A program made the position numbers and the translations under genes. DNA of 64,000 nucleotides, taken from positions 14,198,001 through 14,262,000 of the forward strand of contig CM126228.1 of assembly GCA_052327205.1 (NCBI GenBank), read 5' to 3'. Under the pieces are notes generated by a model. That model searched no databases, was not told where the DNA came from, and saw only the letters and a list, made by a program, of their open reading frames with translations. Positions 38,891 through 51,975 of this stretch are shown piece after piece. How positions within the stretch are numbered: the first letter of the stretch is position 1; every line of letters begins with the position of its first letter. Source of the stretch: Somniosus microcephalus (lineage: Eukaryota).

Positions 38891-39467
38891 GAGAAGGAAA
38901 TTGAGGAAAATATATTTTGTGTAATGCTTCTTTGCACCAATAAAGCATCAACAAGTATTCTCTGATCAGGTATTGCATGCCTCGGGTACATACAATGCAG
39001 ATTAGATGCTGTGATAAACATTGATATATTATTCACCAAGTCAATCTCTACATGTAAAATTGCATTGCATGGTGTGTAATCTACAGTATATTGATTCTTG
39101 TGTGAACTATATACTGTAATAGGATTCATAATGCAGCCTAGGGGGTTATTTGCAGACCACCTCTGCTTCACATACGACAATAGGCATATTAATTACAACA
39201 TGCATTTCTGGGCCTACATCCATGGATGACTTGCCATGAACTGGTTGGGTGTTGTCCAAGCTTGGATTCAATACTGTTCCCTATCCCTTTCATGCTCTCT
39301 AGTAAATGAAGGCAAGGGAATACCATTAGCAGGCAAGGATATCACAGCTTCTATACAGTAAGTGAAAAGGACCCGATAAAATGTAATTATTGTTCTTTTC
39401 AGCCTGGAAATTATAATACCTGATATAATCATGCAAACATATTATATTGATGTAAAATTCCCCATAA

Positions 39468-39536
39468 TCCTTGTGAAGTGCCTTGGGACTTTTTACTACA
39501 TTAAAGGTGCTATATAAATACAAGTTGTTGTTGTTG
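39468..39536 (+). mobile_element. L2 3' tail fragment
   Basis: TGTGAAGTGCCTTGGGAC...GGTGCTATATAAATACAAGTTGTTGTTG. Confidence 0.8.
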
Positions 39537-39655
39537 AATGGATTAAAATTGTGAAGAAAAGAGTTTGATAATGCAATATCACATGTATCTTCCAGCCGAT
39601 AGTTTCTTTCCCATTCTTGTGGGGAAATGTCTGGCCTCCACTTGGCAACTGCCCA

Positions 39656-40226
39656 TAATAACAACTTGCAGTTATATAACACGTTTAACATAATAAAACA
39701 TCCCAAAGCACTTCACAGGAGCATTATCAGACAAAATTTGACATCGAGTCACATAAGGAGATATCAGGACAGGTGACCAAAAGCTTGGCCAAAGAGATAG
39801 GTTTTAAGGAGCATGCAGAGAGGTTTAGGGAGGGAATTCGAGAGCTTAGGGCTTAGCCAGTTGAAGCCACAGCTGCCTATGGTAGGGTGGAGGAAATCGG
39901 GGATGCACACAAGGCCAAAATTGGAAGAACACAGAGTTCTCAGAGGATTGTACAGCTGGAGGAGGTTACAGAGATAGGGAGGGACAAGGCCATGGAGGGA
40001 TTTGAAAACATGGAGAGATACAAATTTTAAACTCGAGTTGTTGCTGGAGTGGGAGCCAATGTTTGGTCAGCGAGCACAGGGATGATGGGTAAACAGGACT
40101 TGGTGCGAATTAGGATATGGGCTGCAGAGTTTTGGATGAGCTTAAGTTTGTGGAGGATGGAAGATGGGAGGCCAGCCAGGAGTTAGCACTGGAATAGTCG
40201 AGTCTGGATATAACAAAAGCATGGAC
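39656..40226 (-). mobile_element. L2 LINE 3' portion
   Basis: Reverse complement of 21400-21850 and 11615-12030. Confidence 0.88.
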
Positions 40227-40567
40227 CAGTGAGTGAAGGTGCAGGTGTGGATGTGAGGATTGGGCTAGCGGATCCATCCTTCAATTGTCCCCTTACACTC
40301 ACTGTCTAGACTCACACAGGAAGAATGCCCACCTGGGAGCTGTATGGAAAGGTGATCAACACCAGTGTCTTCAGTACAGCTTTGAAGATTTTAATTTGTA
40401 AAATATACTTGACGTAAGAAAACTACTAGGCACTTGGTCTAAGCATTAAACAAAGCTTTAATCAACTGTTTTACAACATGGAGGTCTAGTTGTGTCTTTC
40501 ACTAGTTCCTGTTAAGAATGTCCTGCGCAAGCTGGGCCCGTGCCCGAGTATTTATACTCTCCCTGGA

Positions 40568-40586
40568 CAGCGCCACCCGCAGGCCG
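40568..40586 (-). promoter_or_regulatory. CTCF-like binding site
   Basis: Minus strand AATAATAC-TGAGC-GGCCTGCGGGTGGCGCTG: good match to the CTCF core with an upstream-motif-like AATAC; sits in a small CpG-rich patch. Confidence 0.6.
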
Positions 40587-41124
40587 CTCAGTATTATTTT
40601 ATAAGTCTTTCTTTCATGAATGACTGATTCATGTCAATACTCCTACCAAACTATTACATTTCCACTCCCCCTTTTTTGTATTTTCATTTGATAAACATTT
40701 CTGGTCATGGGGAAAGTGGAGAATAATTTGCTTTGATGACTAATAATTTGACACAAATTAATAAAACTATTCAGAAAAAAACTGTTCCTTTTGATTATCC
40801 ATTTTAAGATGTGTAGGTTATAGAGTACTGATAATTATCTGTTAGATAACTTGGTATTGTAGGGTAGTTATAAAATACAGTTTGCATCATAAGAAGCCAA
40901 AATTTCAGCTTTGCGTTAATGCACCCTTTATAGACATGATGTGGAGATATCCAAATTGAAGTTAGGCAAGACCATCTCATGGAGACAGATTCTCACACCA
41001 ATTGCAACTCATCCGCAGTGTAATTTTAAAAAGTTCTCAGGCAGTTCAGTTACATTTTAAATCTTTTAGAGCATAGTGGGAAGAGGTCATTTGGCCTATC
41101 AAGCCCACTTCACATAGAGTTCAT

Positions 41125-41315
41125 GGGATAGAAATTCGTCTTGGGCAGTGGCACAGAGCAGGTGATATCGGATCGGCCACCCATTACACACAGCGCCTGA
41201 TATTCAGTTCCGTTGCAGTCAGTAGAAGTAAATATCAGGCGCAGCATATAATGGGCAGCCGATCCGATCTGATTCTGCCCATTTTGTGCCACTGCTTGTG
41301 ACGAATTTCAACCCC
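41125..41315. mobile_element. short Harbinger-like MITE (191 bp)
   Basis: TIRs GGGATAGAAATTCGTC / revcomp GGGGTTGAAATTCGTC (14/16); flanks CAT / CTT. Confidence 0.8.
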
Positions 41316-42024
41316 CTTGAATCTCATCATGGATTTCCCTTTCCTTCTCATGTGAAAAGAAAAATCAAGCAGCACTGATAATATTTTTCTAACCCTCAAT
41401 CTCCCTTATCAACACATATTGATCCAATTAATTTTAGAATCAATCGATTGATCCCAAAAATCAAAATTGCCTTCTCAGAGTGTATGGTCCACATGTCTTT
41501 TTAAAAAAATAATTTCTAACGTTGCTCAAGACTTGTAAATTTTGAACATGTGCCCTCTCCCATGCTCATTGCCCAGGCAAAAATGATTTATTTACTTCAA
41601 ACTTCTCTGTAAGGTTGAACTTATTAAACAATCATTAAAATGCTGGTGTGTAGATCCCATTTTTTAAATGTTGCTGTTTAATAGGTGATAGGCCTTATTG
41701 GATCTCCTAAGATAGTCATACTGCCACCTCACCTGAACACTGCTGAATCCTACAAAGATCCTACTGTCTGGAGATGATTGACAGACCACTTTTACTTTTC
41801 TGAACACTATATCCATTTTGTTGCATCACTTCTCTGAACTTAATCCCCTCTCAATCTTTCCCCTCCTCATATTTTGGCTCTCTGCCAATGTCCCTCTGTA
41901 CCTTACTGTACCTGGTATTATTGTTATTATTTGCAAAGACCTCAGACTGGAACTCCTTGCCTCCCTCAATCTATTGGCTGGTGTCATCTAACCACGACTG
42001 CATTCATGTATCTAATTACACAGT

Positions 42025-42137
42025 TACATAGTATTTACAGCACAGAAACAGGCCATTCGGCCCAACCGGTCAATGTGGGTGTTTATGCTCCACACCAGCC
42101 TCCGCTCACCTTACTTCATCTCACCCTCTCAACATAT
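42025..42137 (-). mobile_element. CR1 3' tail
   Basis: TACAGCACAGAAACAGGCCATTCGGCCCAAC...GTTTATGCTCCACAC. Confidence 0.75.
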
Positions 42138-43769
42138 CAGATCATCTTTTGTACTCTTTTCGGTGTTGGCTATGTCCTGTGCTATCGGTCTTGTTCCTTC
42201 ACCCAGGTCTCTCAAAACAGACAGGGTATAATTTCCTTCCACTGCAGAATATTCGAATAGGCAAGCACTTTTGATTTCAGAAATTCAATTATATTAGAAC
42301 CCAGATACCATTTAAATTGGATGCACAGTCGCTTGGCTGCTGTGCAAGTGGGATATCCTTGCTGCCATGATATTGCGAGCCTTGGAAACGGTATAACTCG
42401 CGAAATTAGTTCTCCGATTGGTACAGTTACCGAATCTCACTTTCTTCCACCAATATTTAAGCAAATTCGTAAGACTCATATTCCAAGCCTGCGCTTTTCT
42501 ATTTAGGTCGCAGCCAGTTATTTCGTTAATGTCCCGTCCATTGAAATTTGGAACATTTGGACTTTAATATAAATTTGATATTAATTCGCGTGTTTGCTGT
42601 GCCGTCGTTTCACTGAAGACCCTGCCTCTTTCAAAAGCAAACAATTTATTTGAAGAAATCGAGTTCTGTGATAATTGAAGCTAATTATATTAAGAAAGTG
42701 CTCCCGTTATTATAATTTCCAATATATAATTTGTATTTATCAAAATAAATTAAGACAGTTTATACAACTCACAAAAGTTAATGGGATAATGTGACCGTTT
42801 GTTTATTATTAAAGGCAAAAGCAAGCTATAAATTGGAGGGTACTCGAATTGCTGTACGCATCTCTGAAAGTGGGATTGCAATATAATAATCTGAATGCTC
42901 CAGTATTTTAGTTATCCTAATACATCTTTTAGCAGCACGCTGGGACTAATCTTCTATTTTACTAGTCTGAGCATGGGTTTATGTGTTTGAGTCATCCATT
43001 TGGATGTTAAAAACTGTCCAAATGCAGCTTATTTTAATCACACATTGTCAATTCGGGCTGTCACTTTCTCGCATCATTCCTTGAATAACTTTGTGTGGGA
43101 TCAGATTGCAGATGGTGGAAATCTGTCAATGCCAGGAGCAAAGGCCTGGATACTACAGGCTCCGGATTCAGCGAGCAAAAAAAAATACAAAGTAAAACTG
43201 AAAAAGTCAGTGATTCTGGAACATTCTGTTGCATGGCGATCGTGATAATCCACCTCCTCGCCAAATTATGATTCTGCAATATTGCATTCACAAACATTGG
43301 AAAGCTCCTGTATTAATAACCTTCTATTAAGATATATCCAAGAGGTTAACTGCAAAGAAATGCAGACGATAAGAGAAGTGCTGTTAATAACTAGTTCTGT
43401 CACAGACCGAGGCAAGGTGTTAATCTGGGCTCTACACAAGGAGACTATGGACTCGAAATGTTTAAGGTGTTTTCAATACAACTGATTGGCGCAGCCTTAG
43501 ACGATGTAAATCAGATACTAATCGCATTAAATTTAGGGGAGAAATTAAGGTAGTAGCCTCACCAAAAATGTGGAAAATTAATTCAAACTGCTTCAAGTGC
43601 ATTAAATATTGACTTTTTGATATTTTATATACAAACAGCCACCAATGAATCGTTACGTTATTGACATCACAATAATAACCAACACCCTTATAAACTGATT
43701 CATGGACACTGAAAATAAATCACTTTCTTTTGTGAAACTGACTTAGAACGTTCTAATATCTGTTTATTA

Positions 43770-44110
43770 TAAATTGGACAACGAGTTAAATGAGAGGAGA
43801 CAAGGTGCTAGGTTTACAGATCGGGCTGTATAAAGAGCTTTTTTCAAGGGGGGGAAAACAGATGTGTGTGCAATTGGTTGTAAATGGGTTATAGAAAAGG
43901 CAATTTGCTTTGAAGAACATGGGCCTAAGTGCCTAGAAAAAGGAGGATTGTGCTGATCTAAAGACAGCATTGTGGGGAACGCTATTGAGTTACTGTACAC
44001 AGTGCTCAAATGTAATCAGACTAGCAGGTGCATTAGCTCAGGCACAATGACTGCAGCCGAACACGCAGCACTGGCGGTTAATGGAGCTCCCTTACTTAGC
44101 GCACACGTAC
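43770..44110. promoter_or_regulatory. candidate conserved enhancer (Sox/E-box/homeodomain motifs)
   Basis: ATTGT x2, CACAATG, CAGGTG, TAAT motifs in unique non-coding sequence; conservation not tested. Confidence 0.3.
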
Positions 44111-44523
44111 ACCGCGCCTTTCCGAACCCCTATCAAAGCACATACACCAGGAGAGAAATCCCCTCCCCAACAATCTCGGTTCAAAATGAAACTGGTAAAT
44201 TTGCAGTGATAGGATAAGAATCCAATCAAATTACCCATGTAGCAGATCAGTATTGAAAGGGAATTTTAAAAAATTGTTTGGAACGCAATGTGATTTTAGT
44301 CGAATTTTGCACCGCATTTTTTGTTCTGTGCTGTGCGTTTATGCAGCAGTTGCAGAATAGGCTTAAAGCTGTACTGTCCCTTCCTGTGGCCCAGGTTTTG
44401 CACTATCGAAACTATTTCTACCTCAACGCGTTTTCACCACATTGCATGCCCCTTAACCCTTTCGGCACCGTAATGGCAGTTTCTCTCATTGAAAGGAAAC
44501 AACGGGTTCAGGACTTCCAGTAA

Positions 44524-44720
44524 AACCGAACAAAAAATAACTGCTGGACTAGCCAATAGGTCAGATCAACATCTGAAAGAGAAAAGGCAGGTTGATGTTT
44601 CAGCAGGGAGTGCCCTTCAACCTGAAACCTTAACCTGCTTTTAACTCTTTCAAAAGTTGGTTTACCGGCTGCCTATTTCCGAATTTTTTTTCAGTTTTTA
44701 ATTCAGATTTTCAGCATTTC
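44524..44720. mobile_element. old, degenerate Penelope-derived palindromic element
   Basis: Arms TGAAAGAGAAAAGGCAGGTTGATGTTTCAG (44574-44603) and CTGAAACCTTAACCTGCTTTTAACTCTTTCA (44622-44652); flanks resemble the Penelope end at 54700-54768. Confidence 0.6.
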
Positions 44721-47700
44721 ATTACACCTCAACTAATCCGTATTCTCGTTTCTCTCCAGATTTATAATAACTGATTATTCGTCATGATCTCATGAGAGGA
44801 GAAACACGGATTCCTACAAATCACCAGGAAAATGAACTGGATGGAATGTGCGTCCTTGGCACCTTTCATACTGTCCATTGCCCCAGAACAAGTTAGACAA
44901 TAATGTTGTAGATTTAAAGTATGACTTATTTAGCAAGATAATATAGATCTTTCCTTAGTATCAGAGCTTTCGAAATTTATAAATATATTATTCTATAGTC
45001 CTAATTAAATTCGGAACTGCCAAGAAAATTAATACATTTTAGGCCTTCAAATGTTAATACCCTTTTGATTATTGAAAATTCCAGGTGAATAATCAGGACC
45101 AGGGCACCAAGGTTGAAAAGAATAGGCAAGCCTAATGATTCGGTGGTGCCAAAGGTTTTAGTCTGTAGGATGGAGGAACTCCGTGTCTAACCTGGGATCA
45201 TTTAAAACATTTCATTATTGTCGTCGCCACTTATTTGCCTCATATTGTTATGGCAGCGATGTTGCTTAAGAGCGATGAGAACCTTCAAAATTTAGTTGGT
45301 AATTTTTTTTAGAAGAGAACAGAAAGGGGAGCATGGGATCAAATCTCATTTCCTCCTTTGTTTATTGAGTTCATTCATTCTTCCCGAATGCTGTAGTTTT
45401 ACCTGTAGATTATTTAAACTCCAGTTACAGTGGTCAGGTATGACCCATTGTAGTGCAGATGCCTTATCTGGCCAGTTAACAGATTAGAAGTAATGTGGCT
45501 GCATGGAACGTTCTAAAATTCGTAAACAGTGACCAGAGAATGGAACTTTAGATCAAATTAACACAAGCCCCTTATGTGAATAATGGGTTACGCCTTTAAT
45601 ATTGATATAACATGGCGGGACTGGACAGATATTCCTCCCTTTGGTACATTTTACCATTAATGTCAGTTTCACCGGATTCAGATTGGTGGGATTTGTATCC
45701 CAAGTTCTCATTACTACATATAAATTAATGCTGGTTCAGTTTTTTAGTCCTGGTACAATGACCATCACCGAAAGGCATTCAAAATTTTAACCATTCCTGT
45801 TTGGGGTGAAATATTCCTCTTTCTACTTTCTCCTGGGTGCCGCCCCCAGTCCTAATCTTCGATGCTCCCACTTTGGTAGTAAGCACAGTTCAGATTTTAA
45901 AATGAGAAAGTAATATTCAAGCCTGAAAAGACCACGAAAGTTTAAATCCGAATTGTCAGCTTCTTGATATTGACAGATTTGCAAACCATTAAAAAAAATT
46001 GTAGTATCCTCTTTTAGGCAAATATAATGATCACGTGCCGGATTGTGACAAAGTAGCTAAAGGTGAGTAACACTGAAAGTAGCAGGGTGGGACAAATGTT
46101 ACTCAACCCTGTCGTAAGGACTAAGACTTCGTGGCAATTAGTTCCCACCGGGATTTTATTCAGAACCACGCCTTTCTCGCCAAAAAAACAGCGCAAATCC
46201 ACTTATCCTGTCAAGTCTTCAAATTGCGCCGACATTCAGAATACCTTCCTGTTTTTTCTCTCTCTCCCAATCCAGGTTACACAACCACACTAGAACCTTT
46301 TATAGATGGTGGGCAGCCCAATGCGTGTTCCCTGCTAGTTTTATAAATATCCTATCACTTAATTTAATTTAAATGAATCATGCAAAATTTGGGGGCAAAT
46401 GGGATGTCTGGTTTGCCTTGATGGAGTGAATTCCCTTACTGTACCTCTAATATGAAACTCATCGTGATCCTGAAGTATAATTAACAGGTTATCAGTTCTG
46501 TCAATAGTCCTCAATAACCAGATCGCCCGGATCCAGGGGTTCAGGAGCAATGGGGGCGGTTTAGGATCAATTACCATTTACTGAATAATTTCACACAAAG
46601 AACAGCTTATTATTGGGTGGGGAATGGGCGTTTAAAAAGAAACAATGACCCATCCGCCACTGAATTTTCTTGTATTACAAACATTTTGGAAGCGTTCATC
46701 GATTCTGCAAAGTATTGAATCGATATCCCGGTTTATTTATTGGCACTGGTATCTTTATGCTGATTCTCAGAACCTGGCAGCTCCGATTCCGCAGCGCCAT
46801 GTTCCTGGGGTGGGTTTTGAATATTCCGGTCACGTAAATATTACAATAAGGCGAATCCCCAAGAATGTGATTAAAAGAGTGTAAATAATAAGAAAAAAAT
46901 GGGGAGCAAAATACAACTCCCGCCAGGTACCTGTCTGAAATTGACCTGGGTGTCAGTTACAATCGAATTTCCGAATCTTTGGTCGGATTTGGAGATTGGG
47001 CGATGATTTTATTATTACAGCCTAGCTCAGAGACAGAGACGCCGTGATTTATTTTATTACATTATTTGATATCTAGACGAAAAATATTCTAGCAATGAGA
47101 TTTGATGCTGAAAACGCCAAACCGCGTTTACAAACACCACATTCATTCATTCATTCATTCATTCCATTGCGCAAACGATTGTGCGCCTGTTTCAGTTTGG
47201 CACATTCACAACTTTATGGCTGCGTTTAAGAATCTTCTTCGGCTGAATTGGGAGCTTGAGACTAAAAACTGCACCGTAATACAAAATGGCTGGCTGAAAA
47301 ATAAGCAGCCCCCTTCCGCCTGCCCTTGGGGGGTCGACGACATCCCAATTGCAACTCGGCGTCGCGTTCCTCCTGCTTGACATCAACCAGCAAACAAGCC
47401 AGGCGCCGTATCCAGAAACTCGTGGATCAGATCCGACTCAACCAATCCGGTAGATTCACTGCCCAGTCAGTACCTCACAGGAAACGCCGTCATTCGCCGA
47501 GTTACTCGTAAAAGTATATGGGCTTCACAAGCCATTTTTGGAGTCTGTCCCTCAGCTATAACGGCAGTGGTGGGGATTCATGACAAGCTCATGATCCGAG
47601 TAGCTCTGATTCTATCTATTTCTCTCCTTCCATTCCATTCACTCGCAACACACATTCCCTGTTCCTCACGCAACTAGTCGGATTGCAGCCTCTCTCCAAT

Positions 47701-48769
47701 TCGGTTATGCAAATAAACGATACCAAAATAACGCAACACATCTGCATCGATGCATTGTATTATTGATGTATTAACATGCATAGCTTAGGTCAAAAATAAA
47801 CTCCACATGTGCAAACTGAATTGAAGTAATTTGCCTCAAGTCATTTAGCAATTCAGGCGAAGAAGCTAAAATAATCTCCCATTTTTATTTCTCTGGACCC
47901 TGCACAAAATCAATCTACACAAGTCCTTCTGCCTAAACGTGCTTTTCTTTTCTTTTTCTAGGCAATTGCAAAAACGCCAAGGTTAGATTTGGCCCGTGAA
48001 ACACTTGATGGTCAGAGTGTGGGGCGGGCTGACCTCTTTTGCGGGTTGGTTACTCCAGGAAACACCACTAAATGAACACAAAATAAACCCGAGGCTTTCA
48101 ATCCATTTCCGGTACAACTAAGCCATCTAACATCCCTGACGTGTAAAGCTGTTGGTAGGATAACTCCATTCAGTAACCGTGACCTTTAAAAAAACACGAG
48201 CTACCCTGGACCTCTAGCCGGTGTTTACTCTCTGCCCACTGCTATATAACTAATTAATCTGTTGACAGAGTCAAAGCCCAAATTGTATGGCGGAGCTGCC
48301 CGGGGAACTTATTATGAATGACTAGTTTATCAATACAGATCAATACCCTAACCCTAACCTTGTGTAAAATCTCTCATAACTTTGTACTTAAATTTAAGAG
48401 AATATATTTTTTAAAATATGGCAACTGGAGTTAGCTCAGTAATGTGCGTAGGAGAAAACTACTCTCAATGTAATTTAATTTATAGCAAAATATCTAGGGC
48501 AGTGCATGTTCTACCAAACTGACCGTGAGATATATTAGATGATGCATCTTCCAGGTTACCTATAATCATTTTCCATTCAGTTATTACATCAGAAATTAGC
48601 AGATTTGTGTGATTCAGTCCGAGTTTTCAGTTGAAGACAAAGGGCTATTAATCTGGAAATAAGTAGAGAAATGGCAACATTTTTCTAAAGGTGATATTTC
48701 TATTTTAAGTCACGGGTCAAGGAAATACATTAATGCTGCTTTAAACAAGTTTAAATGTCACCCCCTCCC

Positions 48770-49110
48770 GGCACTGTCCATTGTGATTTATGTATGGACT
48801 CGTCTGGTGAACCTTGCCCTGGGTCTATTAAAAAAACCCTGTAGGGTTAATAATAATCGATTAAACGGATTATCGTTCGATTCAGCAATGACAGTGCTTA
48901 ACAAGTCCGTGTTCGAAGTGAGGGGACGGCTGGCTGAGGTGACATTGCTCCGGAAGGTTAGCAATTCAGCTCAGGCATTGTGTCAGAGGCAACCTCATTG
49001 TGAGACCAGCTAATAGTCCTAGCTCTAGAGGTTTGTGTCGGGTCAAACGGTGTCACTACCCAAATAGCAACCGCCAATGACCTCTGATTTATGCAAAAAT
49101 TGGACATGCC
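48770..49110. promoter_or_regulatory. candidate conserved non-coding element
   Basis: Repeated CATTGT, TAATCGATTA, GGATTA, TGACAG and ATGCAAA motifs; conservation not tested. Confidence 0.3.
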
Positions 49111-50639
49111 TTTCCTTCCTCTCAAATGCCAACAAGCACCAACATTCCACAACATAGCCATTTAGAGCTCGACTTCTCAATGTCCACACCAGCAGCAATA
49201 TCTCTGACCCCAACACCACCTCCCCCCACCCCCTTCAAAAAAAGCAAGTAGCCTTAACATATACATAGACATTCCTTACCTTGTATTCAGGGTCTGAATG
49301 CAGTTCTCTCTAGGATTCGCTTTCATCCCATTGCAAACAAGCCAAAGTTGTTCAAGTTTAAAGACCTTTCGTCTCTGCTGATACTGAAAAGTTACCAAAC
49401 TCTCCCCCACCCACCCCTCTTTTTAAAAAAAAAACCGCATCCCGGCACTGTATTGCTACCATGTGTTGAGTCTTTTCCTTATGACTCGTTGCCAATCAGG
49501 CTGAAATGGGAGTACATGTATGATTATGGCAGAAATTTCGACTAGAGGATAATTTGAGTCCCAAAACCACAACAGTGCGGTTTAAGTTTGATGCACGGGC
49601 GCCCAGGCAAATGCCAAGTACAGGGTAGGAATAAAGAGCAATTGTTGGGGCGGACAAAAGGCCCGAGACGGGAGCGAGCAGAGCTCTCAATAAAGCCCAC
49701 GAACATGCACTTGAACTTGGCTGTCCATTCCGCTTCAAACTCGCCACAATTCAATCTAAAACAAATGTACCAAACACCTTGTTAAGACAACAGACCCGCT
49801 TCAACGCGGCACCTGCTGCTCAGGAGCATATTCAGGTTGAAATATTAGTGCGTGTGATCATATTTCTTTCGATCTAGGATTAATTGCAAGGAAAACATGT
49901 GCTGTATTAACTATCGTAGGCTGCTAATTTAATTTGTGGTTAGGGAGCTAGGTCGCAAGATCTGCCCGGAAAACATAAATTGGATGAAATTGAAGCTGCA
50001 AAAAGTGTAACCTATATTGAAATTTGCAGCTAGAATAGTCCAGGTAATTAAATATATACAGTATGAGCAATACATTGGGATTTAACATTACTGCACAGAA
50101 TAGTGGGAAACAAATGAGTTCTTTCAAAGAGCCGGCACAGGCACGATGGGCCGAATGGCCTCCTTCTGTTCTATATGTTTCTATGATTGATTGTTAGAAT
50201 GCACTTTCAGACTCTCCCGCCCTCCCCCGATAATTTTATGGTTTTTTAAATATTTAAAGTGTTAAAACCAGACAGACAACCCAATCCAGCAAACACAGCT
50301 GTTTTGAAAGAGCTCTGAAACAAGACTACAGCTTTAACCTCGCTGGTTGACCCCAAATAACCTCTATTCAAATAGTTGTCTCCCCAGACTTAACAGGCGT
50401 GGCTGACACAAGTGGAGCGGGGACACTTTTTTTTCCCCAACTGCGGTGTAGAGTTATTTTTTTTAAATGAACAGATTTTTTTTCTCTGCCAGCACCAACA
50501 TTGGGAGGAGGGGTTCTGGTACATAAAGAGATTTAGCACCTTTGGAGAACTTTTCCGCAGAGCAGAACCTATTTAAATGTTTTGGAGTTTCATTTAAAAG
50601 TGGACAACGTCAAGAGAAAACGTCCGATTTTTTGTGACG

Positions 50640-50940
50640 TGGACAGAAGGGAGTGAAATGTCATTGGGTCGGTAGGTTTATTGAAAGTCTCCAGGTTCTC
50701 TCTCTGGTCTGTGAGGGTGTTATATCTGTGTGTAACTGGTTGGTGCTTCGCTCTCTCTCACACACACTCTTTCTGTGTGTGTGTGTGTGTGAAAGAAGCG
50801 TTAATGGAATTCCAAGCACGTCCTCTGTCTCCTCCTGCCATTCGATAGTTAATTAAACAGCTAATGGCAGCTGCCGATGAGGTCATTTCATGCAGTTTTC
50901 ATGCAAATCCGCTAAATTCAAAACAAATTTAAATAAAAAG
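50640..50940. promoter_or_regulatory. candidate conserved non-coding element with POU octamer
   Basis: TTAATTAA, CAGCTG, AGGTCA and TTTCATGCAG-TTTTCATGCAAAT (ATGCAAAT 50901-50908); embedded (CT)/(CA)/(GT) microsatellite. Confidence 0.35.
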
Positions 50941-51476
50941 GTCTTTGTAGTCTGCTGGGTTTTTTTTCTGGTTGTTTCTCAAAAGCCCCGTGCGTTACTT
51001 AGAAAAACTTTCCAGCCTCCACGTCCTTATCAACCGAAACTGGATTCAAAGAAAATTCAGGCGGAAAAGAACCGATTTCCATTTTTTTCCCACAATAAGT
51101 GTGTGTCTGTCGGATATTCAAATTCGCCGGTTCCGAAATACATTCGAAACCAACCAGCGAAATGCATGTGCTGGGGGTGAGTTGGCTGAGTAAATATCAA
51201 CATAACTAAAATAGTTACAGTTAATGTCAATTTAATTATAAATTTCAAACCCGGTTAAGCCAACACACTGGAGGGGAACTTTAACATTGCTCTGAAGTTT
51301 GAGCACTGGGGTTTGAATGAAGACGGCCCTTCAGCCCATTTGGTCTCCTCTGTACCAACCCTACCATCCTGCCATTACTGCATCCAGCTGTTTGCTAAAT
51401 GGCTCCATGTTCTGCTTTTAACCACCCTTCCTGGCAACCGGTTCCAGATCATCATCTGTAAAGAAATAATTCCTGG

Positions 51477-51523
51477 TAATAACAACAGAAAACGCTGGAA
51501 AAACTCAGCAGGCCAGGCGCATC
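51477..51523 (-). mobile_element. Penelope terminal fragment
   Basis: TAATAACAACAGAAAACGCTGGAAAAACTCAGCAGGCCAGGCGCATC is the near-exact reverse complement of 54720-54766. Confidence 0.85.
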
Positions 51524-51608
51524 ACAACCCTGACCCCTGCATCTCCTGCCCTGGTGTGTCCGTAAGGATTGTGCTCGATTTACTTTCTCTATGCCCTTAA
51601 ATATCATA

Positions 51609-51975
51609 TAACAACAACAACTTGCCAAGGCAGGTGAATCGAGTTAAGATACAGATCAGCCATGAATGGCGGAACAAGCTCAAAGGGCTGAATAGCCTAC
51701 CCCTGTCCCTCTGTTCGTATTTATACAGCACCTTGAAGTAGTAAAATGTCCCAAGGCGATTCACAGGAGTGTTAACAAACATAATTTGACACCGAGTCAT
51801 ATAAGGAGATATTAGGACAGGTGAGCAAAAGCTTGGTCAAAGAGGTAGGTTTTAAGGAGAGTCTTAAAGGAGGAAAGAGAGGTGGAGAGGTTTAAGGAGG
51901 GAATTCCATAGCTTAGGGTCCAGGCAGCTGAAGGCACGGCCACCAATGGTGGAGCAATTAAAATCGGGAATGCTA
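51609..51975 (-). mobile_element. L2 3' end with a CR1 tail (~51626-51716, plus) inserted in its tail
   Basis: ACAACAACAACTTG|...GATCAGCCATGAATGGCGGAAC...GGGCTGAATAGCCTAC...|TATTTATACAGCACC; remainder matches 39660-39900. Confidence 0.85.

Noticed and set aside
43945-43975. miR-218-like TTGTGCTGATCTAA; other partial miRNA look-alikes near 29990 and 22338
   Set aside because: Partial matches only, with no complete mature sequence or hairpin.
48346-48360. Interstitial telomeric repeat CCCTAACCCTAACC
   Set aside because: Only about two units; expected by chance.
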